Positions 12,860-24,245 of a DNA stretch of 37,715 nt are shown here, one piece after another. A model generated the notes under the pieces. That model did no database searches, had not been told where the DNA came from, and worked only from the letters and a program-made list of their open reading frames with translations. Made by a program: the position numbers and the translations under genes. The stretch spans positions 1 to 37,715 of the forward strand of contig JALDZS010000212.1 of assembly GCA_022813965.1 (NCBI GenBank), written 5' to 3'. How positions within the stretch are numbered: position 1 is the stretch's first letter; the number at the start of each line of letters is the position of its first letter. This DNA comes from Toensbergia leucococca. Taxonomy: Eukaryota.

Positions 12860-14290
12860 TGATGATGAATTGTTTTTTTTGTTTTTTTTTGGGGGGGGCG
12901 GGACAAGGTCAGTTTTGTGACTTTTTTTTTTGTTTAGTTTTTGGGGGGTGGGACGGGGTGGGGGGGCGGGACTGAGGGGGGTCCGGGGTGAGGTGGGGGG
13001 GGAGGTGGTGAGGGGAGGGGGGTGATGAGGGAGGAGGGGCAAGGATAGAGGGATCAGGGGGGAGTGAAGGATAGAGAAATCAATTTTTGTGACCTTTGTG
13101 CGGGTCTTTTTGAGTGCACGTTTTCTTTTTCTTTTTCTTTTTTTTTCTTTTTTTAAGGGGGTAGGGTGAGGGGGGTTTCTGTGATTCATTTCATTTCATT
13201 CTTTGTCTATTCTTCTCTTCTCTTCCCTCCCCTCCCCTCCCCTTCTCTTCTCTTCCCCTTCTTTTCTCTTCTCTTCTCTCATTCCCTCTCTCCCCTCCTC
13301 TTCCTTCCCCTTCCCTTCCCTTCCCCCCCTTCCCTCTCTCTTCATTTTCTGTTGTCTTCTTCAATTTCTCATATTTTCATATTTTCTCATATCTTCACAT
13401 CTTATAAACTCAAAAATCAAAATTTTGAAATGCTCTTCTCTTATTTTCTCTGAAAAAATGGCAGATTTGTCTTTTTGATGATTTTTTTTCAAATATGCTT
13501 TTTTCAACTCTTTCTTTTTTTCTGAGGGGAAGGGGAGGGGGAGGGGAAGGGGAGGGAGAGAGAAGAAGGGAGAAGAGGAGGAGGAGGGGGAGAGAGAAGG
13601 AGAAGAAGAAATGACAGAATCAACACAATCAACATCATATAACTAAAATTGAAGAAAATCAAAAAAAAAGAACAAAGGCTTATGTTTCTTCTTACCCCTT
13701 ACACATTATTCTCTCTCTCTCTAATCACACACACCTCTCATCTCTCTTTCTCAACATTCTCATTCACTCTTATTCTTAAACATTTTCAGCAATTAAAAAC
13801 CTCACTCTCACAAATTTTCTCTTAGAAAAACACACTCCCTCTCATTCTTTCTTTCTCTCTTTCTTTCTTTCTTTCTCTCTCTCTTCTAAAAATAATTCTC
13901 TTTCTCTCTTTCTCTCTCTCCCTCCCCCTCACTCTCTCTCTCCTCACCCTCACTCTCTCTTTCCCTCCTCTCTCACTCTCAAAAACTCATCTTTCTTCTC
14001 CCCTTCCTTCCCCTCATTCAACTGCACAAACTCACAATCTCAATCTCAACCCTCACACAACCCCATTCAAAAAAGCTCAGAATCTACTCAACCCCCCTCT
14101 CACTCCTCACCTCATGAGTGCATGAAAAATAGAAAATAGAAAATATCTCTTTTCTCATCAATTCAGAATGGGGGTATTGAAGTGAACAATGGATTTAAGA
14201 TTATTGTGAAAGGGAAGGGAAGGAGGGATTGTGAACGAGGTAAGAAGAGAAAACAGAGATGGAAAAGAAAAGAAGGAAAAACAAAAAGGG
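12860..14290. repeat. Low-complexity intergenic block: homopolymers, G-runs, polypyrimidine and polypurine tracts, (CT)n and (CTTT)n
   Basis: T/G homopolymers 12870-13180, pyrimidine tract 13212-13340, purine tract 13523-13610, CT-rich 13700-14110. No credible coding frame. Confidence 0.85.
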
Positions 14291-14499
14291 AGAGCAGGGG
14301 CCGCAAGCTTGTCTCGGAAAATTTGTGAGAATGTAAATATAACGTTTCATTTCGCTCGCGGGACCAAAAAAAGGCAATAATGGCAAAGAAAATATATCTA
14401 TCATGGAATAAAAAGTCTATAATTTATCTAAATTGTAGAAAAGCAAAACCCCCGTCACCTCCCCCTTTGCCCCCCCTTAACTCGACTCATCCAAAAACT

Positions 14500-16260
14500 C
14501 TACGCACCATACCCCCCCTCGCCCCTTCCAGTCTCCCCATCAAACCCACCTACCAAGTCCAAATCCCCCTCATGCTCCCCACCAACCATTCCCTCTCGCC
14601 CCGCATCCCCACCCCACCTCACACCATTTGCCCCTCCAGACCCGTCACCCCACCCGTTACCATCAACCCCCCGCGTCCTACCATCAAGACCCATCAGTTC
14701 GCCATCCAAGCCTGGGTCTCCGCTCCCGGATCGGTACCCCATGGGTTCGTCATGTTGTTGGATATGCTCGTCTGTTGCGAGACGCGTGTCGGGGTGCTGC
14801 ATGCCGAGGTCGTACGCGCCGTCGTTGGTCGGCGGATGTGAATGATGGTGGTACGGTGAAGTAAGGGGAGGCCCAGAGTGCAATTGGACGCCTTCCATGA
14901 TTTGCGGATCTAGTGGCATGCCATCGTAGTTGTGCATTTGCGCAATGGGAGCTGGAGGGCTTCGGGATAATGAAGGGGGAAGCTGGCGTGCTGCTGAAGA
15001 TGGTGATGTGTACTGGCGATTCGAGCGTAGGTCTGGCTGGGCTATGTCGTCAAAGTTCACCAGGCGTTCGATCATGCTGTTGGGATCGTGAGATCCGTTC
15101 ATTTTCTTCGAGGCGGTGCCTTCGGGACGGACCGTGGGGACTTTGTTGCTTTCTTTGCAGTCGGGGCAATTTTTAATGGCCAGATTTGTCGTCTCTTTGA
15201 TGCGGACCCAATGGTATTTTTCGGCGATTGTGGCCGTCGTTTTGTTGATGCCGCCATGATGTTGGGCGTGGACTTCACGTGCAATTTCATACTGTCGTTG
15301 CTGATCTGCGACTACTTCCTTGTCCTTGAGCATCAAGCGTTCCTTGTCAGACCCGTCTTCTGCGGGAAGCAACTTGTAGTGCGTCGCTGCGCTTCGGAGT
15401 CTACTTTTCTCTGCACGATCGGCGCCGTCGGGATATTTGCCATGTTTGAGATAATAGCGAATTTTATCAAAACGCTCTTCAGAGACAAAGTCTTCACCTT
15501 CAGGGCCTAGGTCGCGCCCGTAGATGATGGCGTCGACGAGCTCATTTGGGTACGAGCGGAGGTTTCCAGCTGATTTGACACGGCCAATACGTTTGAAGCC
15601 GAGGGCGTCCCAGATGCGGCAGGAGGCGACGTTGGTTTCGTAGACAAGGTTGAAGACTGAATATGTGTAATTCTGGAATATTTGCGTAAATCGTTGAAGG
15701 GCTATAGACAGATTAGAAGAAGAACATACCAATTTTGGCGCCCATTCCAAATATCCTTCTCCCATCAGCCTTCCCACGCCCTTATTTCTTGCTACTTCCG
15801 TCACCAGGAATCCTCCATTGCAAACATGACTACTTCTGCCTGGATAATTAGGTTTAATGTAGAAACTTCCTAGACAAACCTGAGACCAATCTGTTCCTCT
15901 CCTCTCCAAGTCGGCAACCTCTTCTACTGAATGAATCTCACCTAGAAGCATGACGGCAGCAAAATTTTGAAACCAGTAGGCTCCGAATGATGACGGTGGC
16001 ATGGGAGATATCATTGGATACGTATCTCCCTTTTCAATTTCACGATTGAGTTGCTCGCAGAGATAGGCAAGAAGAGTGGGCGGTACATGGCCTGGATTAG
16101 AAAAGGGAAGTAGACTTGCAATAGTGATACGATCACGAAGAGTTACTTGACGAGGTGCAATGTTCAAGGCTGGTTGAGGGTCTGAGGGCGTCGGGTACGG
16201 AGGAGCGCCAGAGGTTCGGTAGATGACAGGGGCGGTAGGGTCGTCAAGCATGGCCGGCAT
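14500..16260 (-). CDS. SPT10: Histone acetyltransferase Spt10 (GNAT domain + integrase-like H2C2 zinc finger), ~567 aa
   Basis: GNAT motifs EIEKGDTYP, GSFYIKPNYPGRSSHVCNGGF and YTYSVFNLVYETNVASCRIWDALGF; zinc finger H-x3-H...CPDC (VHAQHHGGINKTTATIAEKYHW...CPDC). One 57-nt in-frame intron 15729-15673 (GTATGT...CAG). Confidence 0.93.
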   Translation of the reverse strand: MPAMLDDPTAPVIYRTSGAPPYPTPSDPQPALNIAPRQVTLRDRITIASLLPFSNPGHVPPTLLAYLCEQLNREIEKGDTYPMISPMPPSSFGAYWFQNFAAVMLLGEIHSVEEVADLERRGTDWSQVCLGSFYIKPNYPGRSSHVCNGGFLVTEVARNKGVGRLMGEGYLEWAPKLVCSSSNLSIALQRFTQIFQNYTYSVFNLVYETNVASCRIWDALGFKRIGRVKSAGNLRSYPNELVDAIIYGRDLGPEGEDFVSEERFDKIRYYLKHGKYPDGADRAEKSRLRSAATHYKLLPAEDGSDKERLMLKDKEVVADQQRQYEIAREVHAQHHGGINKTTATIAEKYHWVRIKETTNLAIKNCPDCKESNKVPTVRPEGTASKKMNGSHDPNSMIERLVNFDDIAQPDLRSNRQYTSPSSAARQLPPSLSRSPPAPIAQMHNYDGMPLDPQIMEGVQLHSGPPLTSPYHHHSHPPTNDGAYDLGMQHPDTRLATDEHIQQHDEPMGYRSGSGDPGLDGELMGLDGRTRGVDGNGWGDGSGGANGVRWGGDAGREGMVGGEHEGDLDLVGGFDGETGRGEGGYGA

Positions 16261-18778
16261 GGCGAATGGATTAGGGTTTGAATCACGGGATGTGACTGCG
16301 AATCTAGAGTACGGGGAGTATTTTAGTCAGCATGATTACTCAGAATGGTCAGTCGAAGGCTGATGACGCCGACCACTTCCAACTGTAGAAGTAGATGGCA
16401 ATCAAGAAAGACTTCGAATGAAGAGCTCACTGTTTGTACAGTACCTACTCTACTGGTAGATTAGGGTTTGGAGCCCTCGAGACTGACAGATTATTCGTGG
16501 AGAGGGGGAGCTTGTATCACGACCTGGATTTGGAGGCGGTGATGAGATGTACAGGACTGACAGACAATACAGACAAAAAAGACAAAAAAGACAGTAAAAC
16601 CCAAATCCCCTGTGTCGCCTTGCCAAGACGCTAAAACCGGGTCCTTTCCGGATCCATGCATGCCCTGCCCCCGACATGTCTCAGAGCTGCTCCTGCGCCC
16701 CTTTTTCGAAGCTTCTAGTCTACACGGCATCTTGCATTGATCATCTCCCATTTTGGAGGTGACATGTTCGCCTCCGTAAATAGACTTTTCAGGTGATACG
16801 ACAAGACGCGCGGAATCTCCACAGTGATGGGTCTACTATCCCCATTGAAGCAAGTCATTGCCTCCTTTCGAGGTACTGTGTGCCCTCAGCGTCTGTTGCT
16901 AAGTCACTTTGTGTTCAAGAAAATCAACCAAGTCTCCCTTGAACTTCGGAAGGAGCACATAAGAATCACTCCCTTCGTAGCATTTCTCTTTACATACCTT
17001 ATAAAATGGTACTTCTGAATATGATTGACGAGATGAAGGAATGCCCTAGACTCCTGAATGTACTGTTGATTTTCGTATGGAACTAATGACATAGCTACAA
17101 CGGATGATGTCTTGACTGCTCTCTTAGTACTAACGTGCCTTGAAAAGAATGTTAGCGGGGCCATGTGGCTACCTTTGCTCTGATGCTCTTGCCACTCAGA
17201 GAGTGACCACTTGGTCTCCCTTGAATGAGCGAGCAGCAAAAGACTCGACGCCATTGAGTTGGGCTACAAAAGCTCAAGGCGAGCATTTGCCAATAACGGC
17301 ACCAAAGAGGCTTGTGTCTTGATGATGCATTGCATGATTCCGAGAATAAGAAAATAGAGTCTCAGGATAATCTCTCAAGGCCAGTGAGGCTTCCTCTATC
17401 ATCACGCTCTTGTAAGGCTGCCGAATGACAGATTAGATAATGAAAAACACGGCGCATGAGAGACACATTGTCCTGTGACTTCTAGGCTTGATAACACGGC
17501 TTAGGGTATCATATATACGCCAGACGGGATAGTAGTGCAGCGAATCATGAATGTAGAAAAAAATAGATGAAGGCTAGAGAGTTTGTATATGAAAAGTCAA
17601 GACGACTGTGTAATCAGAGGAATCTGAGGGTACGCTTGCCGCATAGAGTTTGATATGCAGCCACCGAGAAATTTCACCAAGGAAAATCTATTTGCTCGTA
17701 TGTCTCGAGATGCCTTAGCAAGGATTCTGCATACATGGCGCTCTGTGAGGACGAGTTGTTGTCTTGTTGATAAGACATTGACTGAGCCGTAGCCCACTGG
17801 CAGGCAACTATCAGACTTCGCAGTGGTAGTGAGCCCATGCTCGCCAAGGGCATGGACTTTAGAGTAGCAAACCACGGTACTTGACAAAGCCCTAATGTAA
17901 GTATGAAGGAGGGTACAAAGGTATGGGAACGAACCATGTCATTGCAAATATGCGCCTCAGCATGCACACGAACAGCAAACGCTAGCACAGTCAGACTTGT
18001 AGAAGTCCCGATAAAGGAGAAGGCCAATGAAAGAAAAAGAAAGGTTCATGTAAATGCAATGATGGTTGTACCAGAAAGTCAAACACAACTCGCCTTGATT
18101 TCAATGCCTCATGCCTTGTTCGAGACCAGACGTATTCCTGAACACAGGCTGCCGTACTATTATAGTACGCGCCTCGAAGTATCTTAACGCAAACGAGTCA
18201 GCGACAAGAGAGAGAAAAGCATCTGACATCTGACCAACGAGGCTCGCAGTCACCTTATCATGTTTGCTCCCCTCCTCCTACCTCGATTCCATCAAGAGAC
18301 CCATGATGTTACTCGCGTCGATGATCCGCGGGCTTAACCGGCGCTTATTTAGATTTAGACCAGGAGGAGGGTTTCATCGATTCGGATTGGTGATGGCGTC
18401 GAATAACAATAGCAGCGACTCACACTGCGCCCAGAGCCTCCAATCAAAAGAATCAAAAGTGCCACCTGATCCTGTGGGATATCGACGAGCCTCACGCGCA
18501 CTCATATATATATCTAGAGGAATGTGCCCCCATCTAATGCTCAAACCCAGCCACAGATCCCAGTTTCCACCTTGTCACTTGGCCCATGACTCAACCTATG
18601 AGACATCGACTTAATCATCTGGGGGACGTTACTTAAGTACGCCCTTTTACCTCTCGAATCCGTCATAGGCAGCGACATTCTATGCTGCCTAGATGATAAT
18701 ATAATTCTTATTTTTTTAATCCTGTTTAGACACATGATACATGTGCACCGCGAAGAATTCTAGAGCACTCTAGTACAC

Positions 18779-21700
18779 ATGAAAATGGTATGCATCCCCT
18801 CTCATCTCGAAACTAGAAGCGCTAACCTTGAGTCTTTGACAGGCATCTTCCGGACCTATAAACGTCAATCGCTATGGCTTGACCCAAGTCTACTCCCCCA
18901 CTTCTGCCGAGGTCGATGTTGTATTTGTCCACGGGCTGAACGGCGATCCGGAGAAGACGTGGACGAGTGAAGGTACAAAGGTGTTTTGGCCGGCGCAATT
19001 GCTACCCCCAATATTAGAGGAGGAAAAAGCAAGGGTACTTGTATACGGATACGATGCAGATGTTACCTCCTTCACCGATGGAGCTTCGAGGGACAAAATA
19101 CACAACCACGCCGAGCATCTGATTGCCGAACTTGCTGCGAACAGGCGCGTATGTTATATCGTGTTCCAGCAGTATTGCAATTGTACATGCTCTAGTACTC
19201 ATGTCTACGTAGATACGGAAAGCCACGGAGCGCCCCATCATTTTTGTTGCGCATTCCCTTGGGGGACTCGTTCTGAAACGGGTAAGTCTAGCCACCTTTC
19301 CTTGTTTCTATGAACCGAGTAAATTTGATTGACTCGAGAACAAAGGCCTTGATATACTCGTCAGAGATTCGTGGCTCAAAGACAGAGCACCTACGGTCGA
19401 TATTTGTATCCACATACGGCATACTATTTTTGGGAACACCGCATAAAGGCTCAGACGTTGCCGAATGGGGCTCTCGATTAGAATGGATATGCAGTGCTGT
19501 TATGCCCAAGAAAATTGTCGACAGTGCTCCGCAGCTGGTAGATGCCTTGAAAACGAACAACGAGACACTACAGAACATCGATCGGCAGTTTATTCAGATT
19601 ATGAACCGATACCATATCTACTTTTTCCACGAGGGAAAACCGACCAATCTCAAGGGGACCCTTCGATTCGTGTGTACAAAATCCTACCGAAAAAATCACC
19701 TAGAGACTGACATTCTGTTAGATCGTTAATGAGGAATCTGCGTCGCCAACAGTTCAAGATGTCGAACGAGCGGGTATCCAAGCAGATCACTCACATATGT
19801 GCAAATTCGAAAGCGACAGCTCTCCAGGCTTCGACCTTGTCGCTGAGGGGATACAGCGTTACGCTGAAGACGCGTCAGCTACTATCAAGACACGTTGGGA
19901 CTCGGAGCACGAGGAGCGCAACGCGCAACTGAAAGCGGAGGCAGCAGTCTTATATCCTGGTTCGTTGTCTACACAGGAGGGATCATAGGAATTTAACTAA
20001 CAAGAATAGATAGCATGAAGCCACAAGGAACGCCTCATTCTGACTCAACAAGCACATTCACACAATCGCCTGGTAAGACACAAAAGGCATTGCCTGCTCC
20101 AGGGATGGAGTCTTTTCTGCAAGCGCAATATGAGGTGGAGGAACCGGATGATGAAGCAGACGGTGTGGTGGCGCATTCAATGAAATTTGCATAGAATTCT
20201 ATCCTGAATCTTTGTTAAGCTCTTAGGCGTTTGTGTTTGCGAGCAGCATCTGTTTCGTCTTGTTACTTCTCTTAGTCACTTTACTGATTTCTGGCGGTGT
20301 TTCTGTAGGTGTCTCAAAATCTAATTCAACAACCAATCTTCCTTTGGGTGATGCTGCCTTGCCTCCCAACGCGGGCTCTACACAAGTGGTCTCTGATGTA
20401 CCTGAATTGCCAGCCCAACCTGCAGAACCATATTTCATTGTTCCTCCTGGCTTTCGTAAAAACACGTTCTTTGTGGCAATGGACAAAGAACTCGGAGAGA
20501 TAGATCGACGCCTTTTTGATAAGCGACGACGTGAGGGCACTGCCTGTGTCTTGCTCCACGGTCAAGCGGGAAGTGGAAAGTCGCACTTGGCTCGAGAGTA
20601 CGTGAATAGAAATCGAAAGAAAAAATTCCGAGGTGGCATTTTCTGGATCAACGCAAAATTGAAAGAGGAGAGATATCAGGCCTTCTGGAACATTGCTCAG
20701 AAAGTCGTGGCAAGAGAATCTCCTGAATTGCGAGTAGCTGCGCAAGATTCCTTTGTCGACGCTGTTAGATTGTGGTTCGAGCAACGGCAAGAATGGCTTA
20801 TCGTTTTCGATGGTATTGCAGTCGACAAGGATGAGGATACGGCAGACCTGAAGAAGTTTATACCATACAGTCGCAACTCAAACATCATTTATGTTTCACT
20901 AGCCAGAAATCTCGAGACCAAGGGAAGACTTCTCACACCTTTCCCAATCCGCGTGTCTCCTCTCAACGAGGAAGATGGCCGGAGATTACTCTTCAAGGAA
21001 CTGCATATTAGGATCGAAAAGGCAACTGAAGCAGAGAAGAGGCACGCGACTGACCTGGTCAGGAATATGGGCGGTCTTCCTCTGGCTATTCATGCCATCA
21101 GTCACCGTATCGCCGAGACTCACGAACCCCTGGCGACATATAAAATGAAGTCTTACTCTGCAGACCCTAAATTAGGAGGGACATATCACCTGATTATGGA
21201 TGATTTGCAGAGCTTGAATCATATGGAAGCTTGGAACCTCATCAACCTGCTCTGTTTCTACGGTCCACATATCCCAGTGGTCATGGTTCAATTTGGCGTA
21301 AGGTGCCTTCGACTCTACGATATTGAAGTCAAATCCCGGGAAGATGGCGCGAAGCCGGATCTCAATATTACTCTGGGGATTTTGATGCGGTATGCTCTTA
21401 TTGAACGAAATGAACTGGAGGATAGAGACTCGGCATCCGGCAGCCGTGACAGTCTGGTTGAACCAGAGCCCATAGATATGCTCAAGATGCATACTGTGGT
21501 ACAAAAATTTTGCTGCGATTCACTTAACGCAGGAAATCTTCTTCCGCGATGGCTTGGATATGCTACCAAGTTGTTTTGTTACTCCTATCAGCAAGCCGAC
21601 TTTAAAATCAAGCAGATACCAGAACCGGGCCGCATTTCTGACTATCGGGAGTACCTTGTGCATGGTCAGATGTTATGGGATCATTCTCTGTCGTACGAAA

Positions 21701-23550
21701 GCAAGAAACAGCAACTCGAGGACATTCGAACGAGCTTGGCACCAACCTTGCGGATGATCAAAGAGGAGATTAGAAAAAGAGAACCAGGATCGTCTCAGGA
21801 AAGCATTGGAAGGGGTGTTTTTCAGATGTCTATATTTGATAACTGGAGCACTAGTTCCAGTTCTGCGTTTGCAGAACCTGAAATTCGAACACCAGGTTAC
21901 CGACCCTCCCCATTACCACTGCCAACTCAAAACGTATACGGGATCGATATCGGGACACCTTCGATAGACTCTCCAAGGAGCCTCGGGACTGCATCGCCTC
22001 TCGTTGAACCAAGGATCGTTGACTACGATACACAAGGTCAACCCTCCCCTCTATACTACGATGACAGGCTTGTAAAAGCGGGAGGACCGTCACCTAAATC
22101 GTACTCAATGCAACAAAGCTTTTCCGAAAGTACTGCGCGGCCAGATCTTCCCATTGACAATGATCAAGACGACGCCATTGATGATATCCCCTCGAGTATG
22201 AAAGCGACACCGCCCCGTGGTCGTCGTAATTTACGTGATCTTCGCGATCTTGGAACTTTTCGGCCGACACCTGCCAAAGCTGAAGTGAACACTAGAAATG
22301 CTGCAGGCTCTGTGAGTCGGCCACCATCGAGATCAAGAGGACAGCTATCGGGCTCCTCGGATGCCGTTACGTCTCTATCTGCTGTGCATCGTGCAAGCCC
22401 ACCTCCATCGCGAGGTGGAGGGTCAATTTGGCAACGGAGGCCATTGAGTCGCCCTCCAGCACCTGTCGTCCCCCAACGATCGTATGCTGAGGTTGCGGCA
22501 ACTGCCAAGGAGCAATCTCAATATGTAAAAGCAGTTATTCCATCACCAGTCCCTAGGCAGCAGGCTTTTCAAGCCAGGTCAGGAAACGTACAGCCATCGC
22601 CTCTAAACTCCGAACACGTTCCACATCGCCAAGACACTCAATCCGCTCCCAACGAAGGCGATCCTTTTACCCATCCATGGACGATACATCAAGATAACCA
22701 CAGAGCCTCGGAACCATCCGCTAGGTTTCATTACTCCAAGTATTCTCCAAGCTCCTCCCAAATCCTTCCAGTCCCATCACAGCAACAAATCCACCAAGAA
22801 CCCAACAACACCTTCTACCAGCGTCCCTCCATCCACGGCCCCAACCCAGCTCCCCTTCCCATCTCCGAATCCGTTACCCTCACATCTAAAAGGCCACTCC
22901 CATCCTCCTTTCAAACCTACCAACCCGCTTCCGACTACCCCCTTCCCTCACCCTATCCCCACCCCCAACTCCCATCAGGCTACTCCTCCCAACCAATGTC
23001 CCGCGACGCCTCACAACAATCCAGATCCTCAGCCGCCTTCACCGAACCCCTCCGCCCCGCCCCAAACTTCTCCCCCTTTGCCCCTTCCCACCTTTCCACC
23101 TCCCCTCGCGATCGCCTCCCCGACGGCGCCCCACCTCGCAAATCCCCCAAATTCGCCTTCTCCCCTCCCTCTTTTCACCACGACTCCCCCTCCCCTCGCG
23201 ACCTCAACCAAGACCTCTCCGGCACCGGCGGCTGGGCCTATTCCAGCTCTCCCGCTTCGCCCACGGCGATGGAAATGGCCATGTCGCGGGATGGGTCGTC
23301 GGGTCCCGGTGTTGCATTCGAGACGGGGCTGGGAATTGGGGGCGCTGGGCGCTTGGTGCAATTTGGGGAGTTGCCGCCGGTTAGTTTGGAGGAGGCGAGG
23401 AGGAGGACTAGGGAGTATGAGGTTTGGTTGAGGGAGGGGGTGAGGGGTGGGGAGGGGGGGATTGGGGAAGAGTGGGAGGGGAGGGAGGGGGTGCCGTATC
23501 CGAGTTTGAATCGGATTCCGACTGGGGGGGAGGAGAGAAGGTTTGAGTAA
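18779..23550 (+). CDS. NLR-like STAND protein: N-terminal alpha/beta-hydrolase (SesB/LipA-like) + NB-ARC + long Pro/Ser-rich tail (~1416 aa, 7 exons)
   Basis: Exons 18779-18787, 18843-19148, 19213-19281, 19346-19669, 19722-19959, 20010-20072, 20309-23550 total 4251 nt in frame. Hydrolase motifs DVVFVHGLNG, FVAHSLGG, FLGTPHKGS, ADHSHMCKF. NB-ARC motifs GQAGSGKS (P-loop), WLIVFDG (Walker B), GGLPLAI and MHTVVQ. Confidence 0.87.
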
Positions 23551-24245
23551 GTGTTTTGATGTTTAGCGGGGGTTGTTTTTTCTTTTTCTCTTGGAGGTGG
23601 ATACCATGTTTTGAATTATTTTTGTATAAGTGGAAAAAGTTTAGTTGGGTGCTGTTAATGGATCATAATGATTGAGAAGGTTAAGGAAGGGATTTGGCTA
23701 TTGTTCTGATGGGCTTTGGTTGGGTTTCTTGGAGTTTGGATATTCCCATTGAAATCATTTGTTCTTCTTTTTATTTTGATGCTTTCTTTGCTTGCGCTTT
23801 CCTTTTTTGAGGGGTTTATAGTTCTGTTGATGGGGATGTGTAGACTTGTATTATATTTACACCCTATAGCTGGTTTATAACGCTTGTACCTTGATGGTTT
23901 TTTTTCAGACCTCAGAGTTCTTGAATAGATAGGTTTGAGGAGTTGAAGCTCAATTTCACTGCAAAATCAGGGTGAGGATGACAAGTTGGAAATGCCAAGC
24001 CACGCTAAGTGGCTTGCCAAGCGGCTAATCATATTAGTGTTCTCACGGACCGTCTCCTGCAACCGAGGGACCTCTCTGCCTTTCTCAAGATTGACTGTCC
24101 CTACATGCCAAAACAGATAAATTTCTTTCCATCAAGACCACATCCCAACGGCTATCAGATGAGCTACATGTACGAAAAAGACCGAGCACAAAGACGGTAG
24201 CCATCGCTTTATCAAATCAAGAGGTCTAAAGCTAGTGCAAATGCA

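Noticed and set aside
12331..13478. ORFs such as (PPPPY)n, (SQPA/SQSV)n and Phe/Leu/Ser-rich peptides
   Set aside because: These are translations of microsatellite and low-complexity DNA, with no splice structure or domain signal.
15150..15290. Integrase-type H2C2 zinc finger suggesting a retrotransposon
   Set aside because: It is the known DNA-binding domain of Spt10; no RT, RNase H, integrase core or LTRs are present.
20233..20308. Hydrophobic signal-peptide-like start (MFASSICFVLLLLLV) of the 1105-aa ORF
   Set aside because: It begins at GTG and lies in the intron's branch/pyrimidine region; the real exon starts at 20309.
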